Source of the DNA: the human T2T-CHM13v2.0 reference genome, Homo sapiens
Reading direction: 5' to 3' (one strand)
DNA length: 64,000 nt
NCBI RefSeq assembly: GCF_009914755.1
Contig: NC_060930.1
The notes under the pieces were generated by a model. It had not been told where the DNA came from. It searched no databases and saw only the letters and a list, made by a program, of their open reading frames with translations. Of this stretch, positions 15,015 to 30,289 are shown piece by piece (positions within the stretch are counted from its first letter, which is position 1; every line of letters begins with the position of its first letter). A program made the position numbers and the translations under genes.

Positions 15015-16784
15015 GTGAAAAACCCTTTCTAACCTTCCCTTGCAGTCACGTGGATGATTAATTTGGAAATCTTAATATTTCTTATAATAATGAAATAATG
15101 GGCTGTGTATTTAGTGAAAGGAACAATGAAGGAAATGATGCCAATTACTTATCCTTTCTTCCTCCCTCTCTGGGGTCCCAGGGCAAGATATTCTTATGGT
15201 TTAGGCATCCTTCCCTCCTAGCAGGAATGTCGTAGGTGACTAATTAGTCACCTTCTTGAACCTAATATAACGTCACAGATCACTGTAGAGGTACTTTTGG
15301 AGAAGTGCCTATTGGATTGGATGTCAGTGCATAAAGAAGGCAGTGCCAACCTTAGTAGTCACACTTAGTAATGAGGACTCTGTCCTGTAACTCCTGGACC
15401 CAGCCATACCTGGTTTCTCTTTTAACAAAGTCAGGGTACACTCATTAATTCATCTCCTCCAAGGCTGTTACATTAATAGTCGTGACTTACTTTTTATTTG
15501 CTTATTTAGATATCCAACCTCAGGAGAATTAGAAACCTATTCTATCAGTTGTATTATTTTGCTTAGAGAAAATTTAGACAAATAAAAACCAAAATGAAAA
15601 CACACTAGTCAGCCCAGAGCTTTTTATTGTTTTCATTGTTTTTATGTATTGTTAGGAGGTTATGATTCAAACAAGACTTATGCGAAGACAGAACTTCCTA
15701 CCTAGTTGTATAAAGCAGCCATGGGCAGTAGTGTTCTCTCTCACTTGGTGTGGCTGTCTGGCTTACTGACTCCTGTCGTCTGCTACTGTTAACTACCCAA
15801 AATCAGCCTCATGGCAGCACTGAGGAAATTCAGCTGTTCTGGAGCCTATCTGGCCTTGCATTTCTACAGCTGCTTCTATGGATACAAGATAAATTTGAGT
15901 ACTCTCTTTCTAGGGAATGGGTTGGGGTAGAAGGGAGAATGTTTCTCACACATAGCAGTATATTTGTAAAATCCAACTCTAGCATTTTGTATAGTATAAT
16001 GTCTCTTTATTAACTTCACTGTATAGCAGTAGTAGCTCAGATAATAGTTCTTGGGTAAGACAAAATTCAAACGTTTTCTGAAGTGTAAAATCACATTTAT
16101 AAAGGGACTCATCAGGAATTTATCACTATCTGCATTAAATGACAGGTAAGATAAATGTATTCCATGGTAAGGGCACACTGTGGTGTTTGTATTACAGTTT
16201 TAAAACTTCAAGTATATTATGTTTTTGCTGTCAGGTATTTTCTGATGAAGATGAGATGAAGTGGCCTACTCTCACTAAAATTGTTCTACAATGAAATCTG
16301 CCTTTACAAATGATTTTGCAGTTTGGATACACAAATTACTGTTATCTGTGGGGATTTTTTTTTTCTTTTTTCTGTTCTTGTTCAGGATAAACATAGATAA
16401 AATTTCCTTAAATTTCAGCATTAAATCTTTTCTGGACCATAAGTTATTCTGTTTAATTATGAAAGTATTTACTTTGCTGATTTTATGAAAAATCCTGGGG
16501 CTTCTTTTAATTTAATTTTTTACTTTATAACATCTTTGAAAAAAGCAGTTTTTAATTAACTAGTTTGATGCTCAGATCTGATACTCCAGAGAGTTATTTT
16601 ATTCCTGTATTGTAGTCTGAGTAAAAATTAGGAACTTTTTTTAAATGCTTTAAATTATTGTGTCTATAGAAAAGGGCTAAAAATTTACAGATAGAAGTTG
16701 CATTGATTGCAGGTATATATTTGTCTAATTTTTAAAAGCTTCCATAATTTGATTCTGAGTTTGTCATCTTATACCTTACTTTGA

Positions 16785-17154
<370 letters not shown>

Positions 17155-17635
17155 GAGAGTTATTATTTTACGACATGATGAACCTTCTAGTCTTATTTTT
17201 TTTAGATTTGACAGAAATTGAAATGGGAATAAATTAAAATTTTAAGTTATATATGCCTAGAAATTATTTTCTAATTCTATTTTTAGGGTAACTTATAGTT
17301 TGGGTAATAAAACATGATTTTGAAATATTTGATGCTTCCTTCACATGGATAATTGGATATATTATCCTTTTATGCTTGGTTATTTTGATTGTTAGAGCTA
17401 AATTATATTTTCAGTTTATCATAAGTGTGTTTCTTCAAAGTTGTAAGCATTGGATTTTGTTTTAAATGCATTGGGCTGAGGCATAGCAGCTCTTTTTGCA
17501 AGATTTCATTGATGACATCTTTTATTGAAATGAATGTAAAATAATTTACTTAAAATGATTATTAGAATTGTTTGTAATTAAGTCAACACTTCTGAGAGTC
17601 CAAAATCATAAGCTATGTATCTGATTTTATTTTAG

Positions 17636-17763
17636 CTAAAGAAGCAGTTGGGTGATAATGAAGCTATTACTCAAGAAATAGTGGGCTGTGCCCATTTGGA
17701 GAATTATGCTTTGAAAATGTTTTTGTATGCAGACAATGAAGATCGTGCTGGACGATTTCACAA
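17636..17763 (+). CDS. VTA1: VTA1 exon 3 (128 nt): LKKQLGDNEAITQEIVGCAHLENYALKMFLYADNEDRAGRFH(K)
   Basis: Acceptor ttttattttAG|CTAAAG; donor CAA|GTaagt; in frame with exon 2. Confidence 0.97.
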
Positions 17764-18432
17764 GTAAGTAAAGAGAAAAATAAAAATTATTTTATTAATT
17801 TTGTAACTGTATAACCAAAATTAACTAGTTTTCTCTGGAACACTTTCTAACCTGCTGATTGATTTAGGTTTTTTTAGAAAAAAATTATCAAACCTCACGG
17901 TGATTTTAGATTACAAATTCGGGCCTTTCTCTTATAAGAAAATGGCTGAAAGAAGAAATACCCAGGGCAGATTTATTTACTTAGTAAATATGCTCTACTT
18001 AGCTATTTTTTAACATTTAGTAAAATCTGAGTTGATTTTAGCCAAAATCACAGCCCCGCCTGATGATTTTTATTTTGAAGGTACCCACCCCAATCAATTC
18101 AAATGATTTATCAGTATAATATTTACATTTAAAGAAATACATTATGGTTTGATATGGAGTCAGATAATACTATAATTACATTTTTCTAAAGTCAAAAACA
18201 TACAAAAAATCTTGACGTAGCGCATTTACTTGTAATGTGAGTCTTGTTACTTTCTCATAGTAACAGATTAGAAAACCATTTTTGTTATTTTCTTGAAATC
18301 TAATTTTATTTAAAACATGAATTTCAGAGTGCTTTTATAAAGATAGGAATTTTTTTTCTTATAGCTAAATGACAAAACTACATTTTAATGTGTTTCATAT
18401 TTAAACTAGACCGGCTCTCTTTTCTCTTCCAG

Positions 18433-18508
18433 AAACATGATCAAGTCCTTCTATACTGCAAGTCTTTTGATAGATGTCATAACAGTATTTGGAGAACTCA
18501 CTGATGAA
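18433..18508 (+). CDS. VTA1: VTA1 exon 4 (76 nt): (K)NMIKSFYTASLLIDVITVFGELTDE
   Basis: Acceptor ctctcttttctcttccAG|AAAC; donor GAA|GTgagt. Confidence 0.97.
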
Positions 18509-18709
18509 GTGAGTGTACATTCTTTATTGTCTTGTTAGCTGAAGATCAGTAATGTTTCTGTTTATCAATATTGTTATTGCATTGTTTATTTACAGCAGAA
18601 TGTCTGTCAGAAATTAATGCAAGCAAAAAATGTAATTTTGCATTTTTTATTAGCCATTTTTAAAAAGTAAATTATTTCAAATAATATATTTTAATTTTGT
18701 ACTAAGTTC

Positions 18710-19014
18710 TTTATTTTTATTTTTGTATTTGTTTTTTGAGACAGGATATTGCTCTGTTGCCCAGGCTGGAGTGCAGTGGTGTGATCTCAGCTCACTGCAG
18801 CCTCAGCCTGCCCGGGCTCAAGCAATTCTCCTGCCTCAGCCTCCTGAGTATCTGGGACTACAGGCACAAGGCACCATAGCTGGCTAATTTTGTATTTTTT
18901 TGTAGAGACATGGTTTTACCAAGCTGGTGTCGAACTCTTGAGCTCAAGCAATCTTGCCTGCCTCAGCCTCCCAAAGTGCTGGAATTACAGGTGTGAACCC
19001 CATTGCACCTGGCC
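18710..19014 (-). mobile_element. AluJ-like
   Basis: Diverged antisense Alu. Confidence 0.9.
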
Positions 19015-19187
19015 TGTAATAAGTTCTTTAAATCCAGCATGTATTTTACACTTCAGCATATGTGTGACTACTGTATTGGACAGCACAGGTTTAGAGTTTG
19101 ATCTTACTAAGTATTAACATATTACTAATCCTGTATGTTGTTAAGTTTTTACACTGTAATTTGTTGAACATACTTGAGGTAGAATCA

Positions 19188-19500
<313 letters not shown>

Positions 19501-20100
19501 TGACTTTTTTTCTGTTTAATTTCTAGTCAGCATTATTGTTAATGGTTTGTTTCCCTTGTAAAATGCATATAAGACTTAATATTTTATAACATACTTCCTG
19601 TTCATTCTATCTATTTGATTCCCATAATGATTTACCATAAGGTAAGCAAAGCACATAACCTTTGTATACATGGGCAAATGGGGCTAAATGACAAATTTAC
19701 TACTTTAAGTTCAGTATCATTTTCACCATAACAGGCTTTACCATTCATGTGGAGAATTTATTTTCTGAGAGGGAATATATTAATCTAGAAAAAGGAAGAG
19801 TTATAAATGAGATTGATACATATGTGTTATATGAGTGATTTGAACACTATGGGCAATGTTTTTTTTGTGATTAAACTTTTTTTTCAAAATGATGAGTAGC
19901 TCTTAGTAAAGTCCCAAACAAAACAGAGTACAATCACTGTATAAGGCATTTTTGTAAAAGATTGTATAGCAAAACTGCAAAAAGTTATTTTTTGTTTATA
20001 TTCAAAATGAAGTTACTCTCTAAGCTTGATGAGTATAAGCAGGGGTTTTGCCAGCATGAAAGTTGTACAGGACATTTCAAAGTTGTGACAAATGAAGGAC

Positions 20101-20395
<295 letters not shown>

Positions 20396-21488
20396 AGGAC
20401 ATTTTTTTTGTAATGTGACTGTCCCTTTAATTTCAAAACATGGAGCAATTTTGGCCCTTGCCTGCACACTGCCAGTAGCATTTCCCAGTAATTGAGCTAA
20501 CTAGAAGCCACCTGAGATATTTCAAAACAGCCCTACCCTAGGGTATGGGGCAATGCCCATTTAGAGCCACTGCTCTCAGATATTTTATACTCTTATACAG
20601 AGTCATATAAAGGAGAACTGATACCCGGAGTGTGAAAACCTGAACTATTACTCAATGGGTATTACCTTTTTATATTCTGATGGCCTTATGGATCCACCTT
20701 TTTAACTCCCTTTTACCTCATCTCCTGTTATTAATGATCAAAATTTTCTTTTCTTCTCTGTTTTACTAGTGTGAGGCACTATGCTAAATACTTGGGGATA
20801 CAGAGGTAATATAAACATGACATGATGGAAAGCTTTGAGTGGTTCAGTAGAACTTTGGAGAGTACCAGGTAGGTGAAGAAGAATAGTGAGAATTCAGATT
20901 AGAAGAGTAAGTCATAAGCCAGGTCAGACAGATGATGGAAGACCTACAATCTTCAGTTTGTATTTTTGAGTAAAGAACTATGCCTTGGGGTGCTTTGTAT
21001 AATAGGAGCCTGTACAATGAACTGAAGTGAGGGAGAACTACAAAACCATTTGACAAAAAAAAAAAAGAAAAAAAAACTGGTTGATGATTAACTATGGGCC
21101 TTAGTTGAGAGGTGGAAAACTGTACATGATGAGTTGTTTTTGGTTTGAGAAACAATAATATATTGAAACTTAGACTTTAAAATTTGAGGTGCAAGTATGA
21201 CAGCCAAAAAGGAATTACCAGAAGCCTCTTGGAAATAAATAAGCAAAAGACAGCAAAGTAGAGGGGACAATTCAAGTTATAAGATTAGACAAACCCTTCA
21301 GGTAAGTGGATTGTTTTGAATGAGAGAGATGACTAAATAAATACCCTTGGTAAACACTTATTTTTGCAGTGTAAGAGGAAGAAGTTAATAAACACATTCG
21401 TAGATGTGAATGGAAATTCAAGATACCAGAAGAGAGGATCATGATAAGGCAAAGTAACAGATCAGAATGCCACATGGTTTATTGTGCT

Positions 21489-21602
21489 CTGGGCCTACAG
21501 GCGTGCGCCACCATGCCTGGCTAATTTTTTGTATTTTAGTAGAGACGGGGTTTCACTGTGTTGGCCAGGATGGTCTTGATCTCCTGATCTCGTGATCTGC
21601 CC
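21489..21602 (-). mobile_element. Internal Alu fragment with no poly-A tail and neither end
   Basis: ctgggcctacaggcgtgcgccacc...ctcgtgatctgccc; colinear with 20229-20342. Confidence 0.9.
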
Positions 21603-22089
21603 TCTCCTAGTTCTTATTTGGGGAAGCTACCTTCCCCTATGTATTTTAGAAGCAAGCACATAATCCTTTAAAGTTATAACTGCTAACAATGGTGAATCCA
21701 GCCAACAGGTAAAGTAATAGTCATAGGAAAAAGAACAAAATTTCCAGAACTCTTAAGTGAGTAATAGGTTCTCTTCACTTAAGGAATATGTAACACTTCC
21801 ACATACATAAGCTACATTAATTTATCTGTATTTCAGGAGAATAATCTAGGTTTACTTTTAGCTACCATTAATGAAGAACCATCTTCCTTAATTTTTTGAA
21901 CATAGTAACTAGGGCAAAACTGTAAATGAGGCCAGTGAGAAGGCTTCATGTGAGATTGGGGTGATGGGATGGGATTTGTTTAGATATTAGGGTTACTAAA
22001 GAGTAAGGGTAAAGGGATTTTTTTACCCCCTATCTCACTACCCAACCTGCTCCCTAAGCCCCTTTGCCTTGCACTGGTGCTAGAATAAA

Positions 22090-23121
22090 GTAGCGTCTTT
22101 GTTGGTGGATAAAGGATTCCAGATAGTTGGAGGGGTCTGGAATGGGATCCCACACACAGTCCCACCTGGATCACTGCTTAGTGGAGCTGTAGGAGCGGGA
22201 CTGCCACCACCCAGACCTACCTGAATGGTAGAGCCACTGGCAGCTTGCACCCTGAGCCTGGAAAAGGTGCAGCTTTCAACTCCAACCTGTGGGAGCAGCC
22301 ACAGGGGCTGTACCCTGCAAAGCCATAGGGGCAGAGCTGCCCAAGGCCACCACTTGTACCAGTGTTCCCTGGATGCTGGTCATGGAGTCAAGGATTATTT
22401 TGAAACTCTGAAGTTTAATGTCTACTATGTTGGTTTTTGGACTTGTGTGGGGCCTATCGTGCCTTTTTTTGGGCAGTTTCTCCCTTTTAGAATGGGGATG
22501 CTTACCCAATGCCTGACCACCATTCTTTCTTAGAAATAAATAACTTGCTTTTAATCTTACAGGCTCACAGGTGGAAGGAATGTGCCTTGATTCTTAGATG
22601 AGATTTTGGACTTTTGAGTTGATGCTGCAATGAGTTAAATCTTTAGGAGACTATTGGGAAGGGATAATTATATTTTGCAATGTGAAAAGGACATGAGATT
22701 TGAGGGGGCGGGAGCAGAGGTGGAATTGTATAGTTTGGATGTTTGTCCCTGCCAAAACTCATGTTAAAATGTGATCCTCAGTGTTGGAGGTGAGGCCTGG
22801 TGGGAGGAGTGGTCATGGGGATGGATCTTTTATGAATGGCTTGGTGCCCTCCCCATGGTAATAAGTGAGTTTTTGCCCTGTTATTTCACGTGAGAAGTGG
22901 TGGTTTAAAAGAGCCTGGCGTCTCTCTTGCTGCCTCTCCTGCCTTGCGACACGCTGGCTTCCTTTTGCCTTCCATCATGAGTAAGAGCATCCTGGGCCTC
23001 ACCAGAAGCCAAGCAGATGCTGGGCCCAGGCTTATGCAGCCTGCGGAATGTGAAGGCTCTTTTCTGTATAAATTAGCCAACATCAGGTATTCCTTTATAG
23101 CAGTGAAAACAGACTAATACA
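22090..23121 (+). mobile_element. MST (MaLR) internal fragment plus 3' LTR (~22727-23121)
   Basis: tgtatagtttggatgtttgtccc...acagactaataca LTR ends; MST-int motifs upstream. Confidence 0.8.
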
Positions 23122-24649
23122 AGATGTAAACAACCTGAATAACCGAAGCCTTCTGTGTGATATCTGTACATGATGATTTGGGATATTCTAATTAAGTTAT
23201 TTTTACTTAAAATTCCATCCCTTTTCAAAAAGGCCACTGGTTCACAAGATGAATTATGCAATTTACATAACTAATTCATCTTATTTTGAGCTTTTTTTCC
23301 CTGCAGTTCGTTCTTCTGTCATTGAAGAACCTACAGGAACTTCTTATTTCCTAACACTGCAAGTCCAAGCTCCTCTGTCAGATTTTCAGGTTTTCTGTCA
23401 TGCTCCGTACTCTGCTTGCTGCCCTATTTGCCAGTCCTACTTTGTAGACCAGGCTGCTCACTGTCTTCTCATTTTTCACCTTTGGAAATGTGTTTTTAGC
23501 CGGCTTTGCCTAAGTTTTATCTTCTCTTCAGGTCTCACCTATATTATTCTAGTCCTTACATGAATTTCTCCATTCTCTCAGCTCTCCCCCACCTGTATTT
23601 AGAGTTCTAACTTTATAAATGTATTGACTTCATTTTTGTGTATTGTATTTTTGAATAAATTATATTGCAAGTACTTGAAGAGGGGGCTTTGTCTTCTTGA
23701 TTAGTTTCTGCTTGAAAAGTTGCTATAGTGTTTCATTTTTTAACCTGTAGATGGAAAAATGCCTTACACTTGTTTATATATAACTTATTTTATTTCATAA
23801 CTTTTCTAAAATGTAATAGATCTCATTTACTCAATGATAATTTTCTTGGTCATTTCTTGATTTTTTTTTCCTTTTAATTTCATGTCATTACTCACTTGTA
23901 TAAAACTAAAGTCTATTTTCTTTAGTCCTTCAACATTTTTGTTTTTTTATTTTTTAATATTTTGTCTGCCACTATTCTATTTCTCAGTTATCTTATCTCT
24001 ATTTTAGGTATATGTATTTAGCTCTTTTAACTGTGCCTTATTATCATTCCATCACAACATTTTAATTAAATTTGCTGTTATGTAAGCTTCTAGCTCTGTT
24101 GTTACATAAACTGTAGTTCTCTTGGAATCAGTGCCCAGTTTTAGTTATAGAGTCAACATAAATATTTTCTTTTTCTGCTATAGCATCTTGTATAATCTGT
24201 TTGTGGCCAATATTATTGATAGGCTTCCTTTCATTGTATTTTAGATTCATTTCACTACTAGCAGTGTTTGAGGAACAGATAACATTTTACTATTTTTCAT
24301 TCATAATCTTTGGTTAAGATTAATACTGCCAAGTTAGGTAGAACATGAAAATTACAGGTGAAAGATAATGCTATTCTTATATATGGAGTTTTTGCTATTT
24401 GAGGGAATGAGATGAATATGTTTTGTGCCCTCGTTGAGCTTATGTTCTAACCTGGAAAGAGAAACAGAATAACTCTAATGATACATGATGTATTAATGAA
24501 ATGTAGGGAAGGTATGCATTGGCAGTACCTAACATTAGCCTGGCACTATGCTTAGACACCTTGTTTCATCTTTCACAACTCTGAATTATAGTGAGAAAAC
24601 TGAGGGTCAGAAAAATATAAAGTGCTTGGCCCCAGATACATAGCCCAGG

Positions 24650-24925
24650 ACAATATTTCTCAAACTCTCTGTGATAAAGGTTCAGCCTTTTTTTTTTTTT
24701 TTAAATTTTCAATTCTTTGCAGATGATTTTGTAAAATACAAATGCAAGTAATAAATGAATTACAAAAGAGAAAATTTAAAAAGGCATACAGATAGATATA
24801 CAGCATAATTTGCTATGTGTGTTTCAAATATTTCTAAATCCAGTTTCAGTATTATGTTGTCACAAACTCGTAAGCAGTTTTGCAGACCAGCAGTGTTTCT
24901 GGGACCACATTTTGATTGGCACAGA
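24650..24925. mobile_element. hAT-Charlie MER-type DNA transposon relic
   Basis: caatatttctcaaact ... gggaccacattttgattggcacag termini. Confidence 0.5.
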
Positions 24926-25369
24926 TCTAGATCTTTTTTGGATCCTGTTATGGTCCTCCTGGCTTGAAAAACAGGGCTGCACATTTACTGAGGCAATAAG
25001 GCACATGAATAGCTGGCTGTGAGAAGGTGGTCTGTTTAAGGGTATCCGTGTGTACTGGAACGTTTCAAAGTGAGCAACATCTTATTATTAGCCTAGAAAA
25101 CCATGGTAAAGCAGAGATATTTTCCAACTACAAAAGCATTTATTCTTTACATACACCATACTTTAGGTTTTCATGTTCTTACTGTATCCTGAAAGTCTCA
25201 TTCTTAGCAATTATCATAGTAGATAAATATGAGAGTAGAGTTATGTCTAATTACAGTAGAAATTCCATGTGTCTTGTACTCACTTGTATGATAATTGCCA
25301 AGAACAATGTCTTACACCTAATTGATGAGTTGTAAATGAATGAAATATTTTTTCATACAGTATTAGTAT

Positions 25370-25580
25370 AAAGTAATTAAGAGTGCAGGCACTGGGCCTC
25401 CAAATTCTGTCACTCCATAACTGCATGACTTTGGGTAAGTTAACTTATGTAAGCCTGTTTCAACATACGTAAGATGATGAAAATTGTAATACCTGTTTTG
25501 TCAAGTTGTCATGGAGATCAAGTGAGGAAATATATGTAAAGCCTTTAGCAAAGTGCCTAGCATGTAAGTGCTTTAAAAAA
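25370..25580 (+). mobile_element. MIR
   Basis: tgactttgggtaagttaactt...gtaaagcctttagcaaagtgcctagcatgtaagtgct. Confidence 0.7.
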
Positions 25581-26039
25581 ATTGGCTCTTGCAGATTCTA
25601 GCAGTAGTAAGGAGTATAGCTTGAGAAGGCCGATTAGGAAGCCTTTATGAACTAGGGTAAAAGATTAAAAACTTGAGTTTTCAGAAAGGAGATCAGAGAG
25701 TAGGGTTACGTTAAAAAAAAATATGCTAAATGTGCTTTTTCTGTTGGAAGGTAATTTTTTTACACACAAAAAAATCAGTTCGTGTAGTCCATTCTAAGTA
25801 CTAAATGTGTATTCATTGCTAGTTTTAGCCTGTAACCTGAGTCTGAAGCATATAGCTCTATCATATAATAATGTTTAAACCATGTTTTAATAATATTTTA
25901 CTGGGCTGTATTTAGAGAGGTTGTCAGCAAATACATAAAATTTTTCGTGGAAACTATCCTAAACTGATGTGGCTTATATATTTACTTTGTATTTAGATGA
26001 GCTTATTCACGGGCATTAATGTATTATTGCTACTGTATT

Positions 26040-29000
26040 TGGGAGTCTAACATGTACATTTGGAGTTCCAAAAGGAGTACAAAGAAAACGAGTACAAAAA
26101 GATATCTGAAGAAATAATGACCACAGATTTTCCAAATTGAGTAAAAAAGCAGCTACAGATTCAAGAAGCACAGTGGACAATTAGGTTAATATAAAGGAAA
26201 TCACACCTAGAAACATTGTAGTCAAACCACTGAAGTCTAGTGATGGAAGAGAAAATCTTGAAAAAGCAGCCTTGAGAAAATGTGTTACACACAGGGTAAC
26301 AGTGTTGTGAGGGATAGCTGACTTCTCATTTTTTAAAAAATTGGAGGCTAGAGGATAATAAAATGACATATTTAAAGGGCTGAAAGAAAAAAAATAAAAC
26401 AAATGAACAAAAACCCTGTCAACTCAGAATTCTATATACAGCAAAGCTGTGCTTCAAAAAATGAAGGTTTTAAAAAAACATTTTTAGGCAAGTTAATTCA
26501 TTGCTAGCAGGTCTGCACTAAAGATCCAAAGAACTAAAGAACAGCTAAAATGAAGGAAGTTTTTCAGGCAGAAGGAAAAGGATACCAAGTAGGAATTTGA
26601 TTTACAGGAAGGAATGAACAACACTGGACACAGTAATGTAGGTAAATGTAAAAGACTATATATTTTTAATTTCTTTAAAAGATACATGACTATATTTGTA
26701 AAAATTATTTTAACTGTACATATATATATTTGGCAAACTCTAAAGAAGGCAGAGAAGGGGAAGAGAAGGAAACATAAACAGGTGGGACCAATGCAAAACA
26801 CATAGCAAATTTTAGACCTAAATACAGCTATGTTGTTACATACCATAATTGTAAATGGACTAACACCCAAATTTTATAGTAGAGGTTTTCAGACTAGATT
26901 TTTTTTTAAAAGCAAGCCTTAACTGTATACTGTTTCTAAGAGATACTGTTCAAATACAAATATAAATATTTTGAAAATGAAAATATGGAAAAAGATGCTT
27001 AATGCAGATACTAAGTAAATAGAATCTCAAGTGGCCATAGATAAAATAGGCTTTGAGTAGATGTGTTACTAGAAATAAAAGGGGCCATTTTATAATAATG
27101 GGTCAGTTCATCAAGAAGACAATACAGTTACAAATGTCTGTGCACCTAATAATAAAACTTTCAAACTATATGAAACAAAAATCAACAAAAAAAGAAAAAT
27201 AAGGAAAAACTCATAATCATAATTGGAAATTTTAACACCCCCATTAGTCATCGATAGAATAATTTTTTTAAATCAATAAAATAACACGAATAACGAGTGG
27301 CCACATAAATTGTTGTCTAGAATGTGAAAAACCAAGCGCTTTCATACATTGCTTGATGGAGATGTTAGATGTTATATCCACTTTAGGAAAAGAGTTGGTC
27401 ATTTTTTTTTTAATGCTAAACATACTCCCTTTTACCCAGCAATTCCTATTCTGGTTTTTATCCAAGAAAAATAAAAACATATGTCCTGAAAAAGACTTGT
27501 TGAGGAGTGCTTATGGGAAGTTTATTCATAATAGCCCAAAGCTAGAAACAACCCTGATGTCCACCAACAGGGGCACTGGTAAACACATTGGGGTATTAGA
27601 TACAAAAAGGAACTGACTGCTGATATAACCTACAACATGGATGAATCTAGTAGACATTATGCTGAGCAAAAAAAGAGCCGGAAGTATACAAACTATATGA
27701 TTCCCTTCATATACATATGTGTGTACATGCGCGCACACCAAAGGAAGTTGATCTGGGAAGGGATATAAATAGAAGTATGGTTTACCCAGGTATATTAATC
27801 TGTTTGTCACAATATTAAATTGTGCACTGAAGATGTATGCATCTCAAAGTATGTTCGTTTTACTGCAGAAGTTAAATGTTGAACTATTTTATTGATAGGT
27901 TTGGTTTATCTTAGTATGGGTTGACAGTTCTAAACCTGCTTATTCTATATTCTAAGAGTGACCAAATGATTAAATATATTGAGGGAGACAGTTTTCTCAC
28001 TTTTGGGGAATTTAGTTACAATGTGGAATGAGAGAAGACTAGATTGTGTTGTGCTGTTAGGTTGGAATTGTTGTAATCTTAATTCATGCTTTTAAATATA
28101 TTACACTAGATGAATAGATCTATTTATATAGGTATAATATGTATACTATAGTTTGTGTATCTGTATACTCTGCTAGGAGCAATGATGCAGCAGTAGCAGT
28201 GAGCACACAGTGAGCATCCCTAGTGCCTGATTTTCTGTTCTAATTTTATTCTGCATAAGGAACCAGGACTTTCGTAAAAAGTGCTTAATCTAGGGCTAAG
28301 TCCAGGAAGGCTACAGATAAGGCCAGACCTTCTTGTGACAGAAAGGAGGAAAGTGTTATCATAATCATAGGACCCAGAAGCCGACTTGAAAGGGTTCCCA
28401 TTGTCCAAGCCAGGGACAGTTTGAGCATAAAAATAAGAATGATAGTAATGGATGATAACTCATTGAATAAATTAAGAATCTGTATAGGTCCAGACTGATA
28501 CATATGAAGAAATAAATAAATGAATAAATAATAGAAGAGCAGAGAAGGCTCTTTGTCATAGTATTCTAACTATAAATATACAAATAGTGATAAAATTAAA
28601 TTATTAGTGGGCTTTAAAAGTAGTAGGTGGAAAGTTTGATAAAAAGAAGTATATTTACATGTCTCTGAATATCTTACCAAATTGCTTATTGATATCAGAG
28701 GAAAATAGTAATTCAATAATGAGAAAACTTGTAACACACCTCTTTAGGCCAAGTCATTAAACCTAACACCACTAATATTGGGACAGCTCACGTCATGTGC
28801 ATCCTAATAAGATGATCTGAAAAAGACAAACATCGCTTCAGTGATAATGCTTCCAAAAACGTATAACCCGAACGTAATCATGAGGAGACATCAGACAAAT
28901 CAATAGACATTTTACAGCTTGGTTGGTATTTTTTAAAAAGTCAAGGTCAAGAAACACTAATCATGCTCCTTAGATTAGATCTGGGCCTGGGGGGAAAATA

Positions 29001-29162
29001 ACTACAAAGGACGTGATTGGGACAATTGACAAAATTTATTGGGACTGTGGATCAGACTGTGTAACTATTAAATTTTCCGATTTTTGAGATTGTCCTAGAT
29101 TTTGGAAAGTGCAATGAAAGGGTAAGGGGACACCGTGTCTTCAATTTACTCTTAAATGGTAC

Positions 29163-29170
<8 letters not shown>
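26040..29170 (+). mobile_element. Old L1M (ORF1 end, ORF2 start and 3' fragments), degraded
   Basis: gaagaaataatgaccacagattttccaaa, agaattctatatacagcaaag, tgcacctaataa, catggatgaatct motifs. Confidence 0.75.
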
Positions 29171-29219
<49 letters not shown>

Positions 29220-29224
29220 CACAC
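29165..29224. repeat. Compound A(n)(TA)n(CA)n microsatellite
   Basis: Directly visible. Confidence 0.9.
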
Positions 29225-29518
29225 TTTTTTTTTTTTTGATACGGAGTCTCGCTCTGTTGCCCAGGGTGGAGTGCAGTGGCGCGATCTCACCTCTCTGCAA
29301 GCTCCGCTTCCCGGGTTCATGCCATTCTCCTGCCTCAGCCTCCTGAGTAGCTGGGACTACAGGTGGCTGCTACCATGCCCAGCTAATTTTTTGTATTTTT
29401 AGTAGAGATGGGGTTTCACTGTGTTAGCCAGGATGGTCTCAATCTCCTGACCTCGTGATCCGCCTTCCTCGGCCTCCTGAAGTGCTGGGATTACAGGCAT
29501 AAGCCACCGTGCCAGGCC
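29225..29518 (-). mobile_element. AluY, followed by (CA)/(TA)n to ~29575
   Basis: AluY-type diagnostics; GACACAC flanks. Confidence 0.93.
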
Positions 29519-29530
29519 TGACACACACAC

Positions 29531-29572
<42 letters not shown>

Positions 29573-30289
29573 GTACTTTTTATACATTTATATGTAGAAA
29601 TAAATTGATAAAAATTAAATAGTTGGAGAATCTGAGTAGAAGATATGTGAGAGTATGTTGTGCTATTTTTAAAACTTTCTGTAAATTTGATGAAAACTAT
29701 ATTTTTTTTTCAAAAAATAATTAACATTGGTTTCTTTTCTTACCCCAGTAGATTAAGTATTAAACAGTTACCGACCATACCTTGTTTGGAAATCTTTTGT
29801 TTACTTGGAACATATATTCCAATGTTATGATATTTTAAAAATAGAGGAGTTATATTTAAGTCTTTGTGTATTAAGTTATAGTTATGATTTGGGGGGTATA
29901 GTTTTACTCTCCCTTTTAAAAACTTGTTTGCTGAAATTATAGTTGCTTTGAAAAATATAAAAGGATTAAAATGTTGAATGAATATCAGGAAATACATGTA
30001 ATCTGTGACTATAAATATTTCAGTGTCTGAGTAATTTTGATAATAAATTTGTTTAATATGTTTTTCAAGCATTTCTCATTATACCACATCTCAGTGTTCT
30101 GGGAGTTATGTGGAAGTCTTGTTTATATAATAACTTGGGAGGTTGAGGGACTAAGAGTATAAATGTATTTGTGATGTTGCCACAAAGTTAGAGATTATTA
30201 ATCCCATTTTTATCACTGTCTACTTTGAAAATCTTATGAAAGCTGTGGATTCTCATGCTAATGTGTATTGCATTTTTGCATGTAATTTG

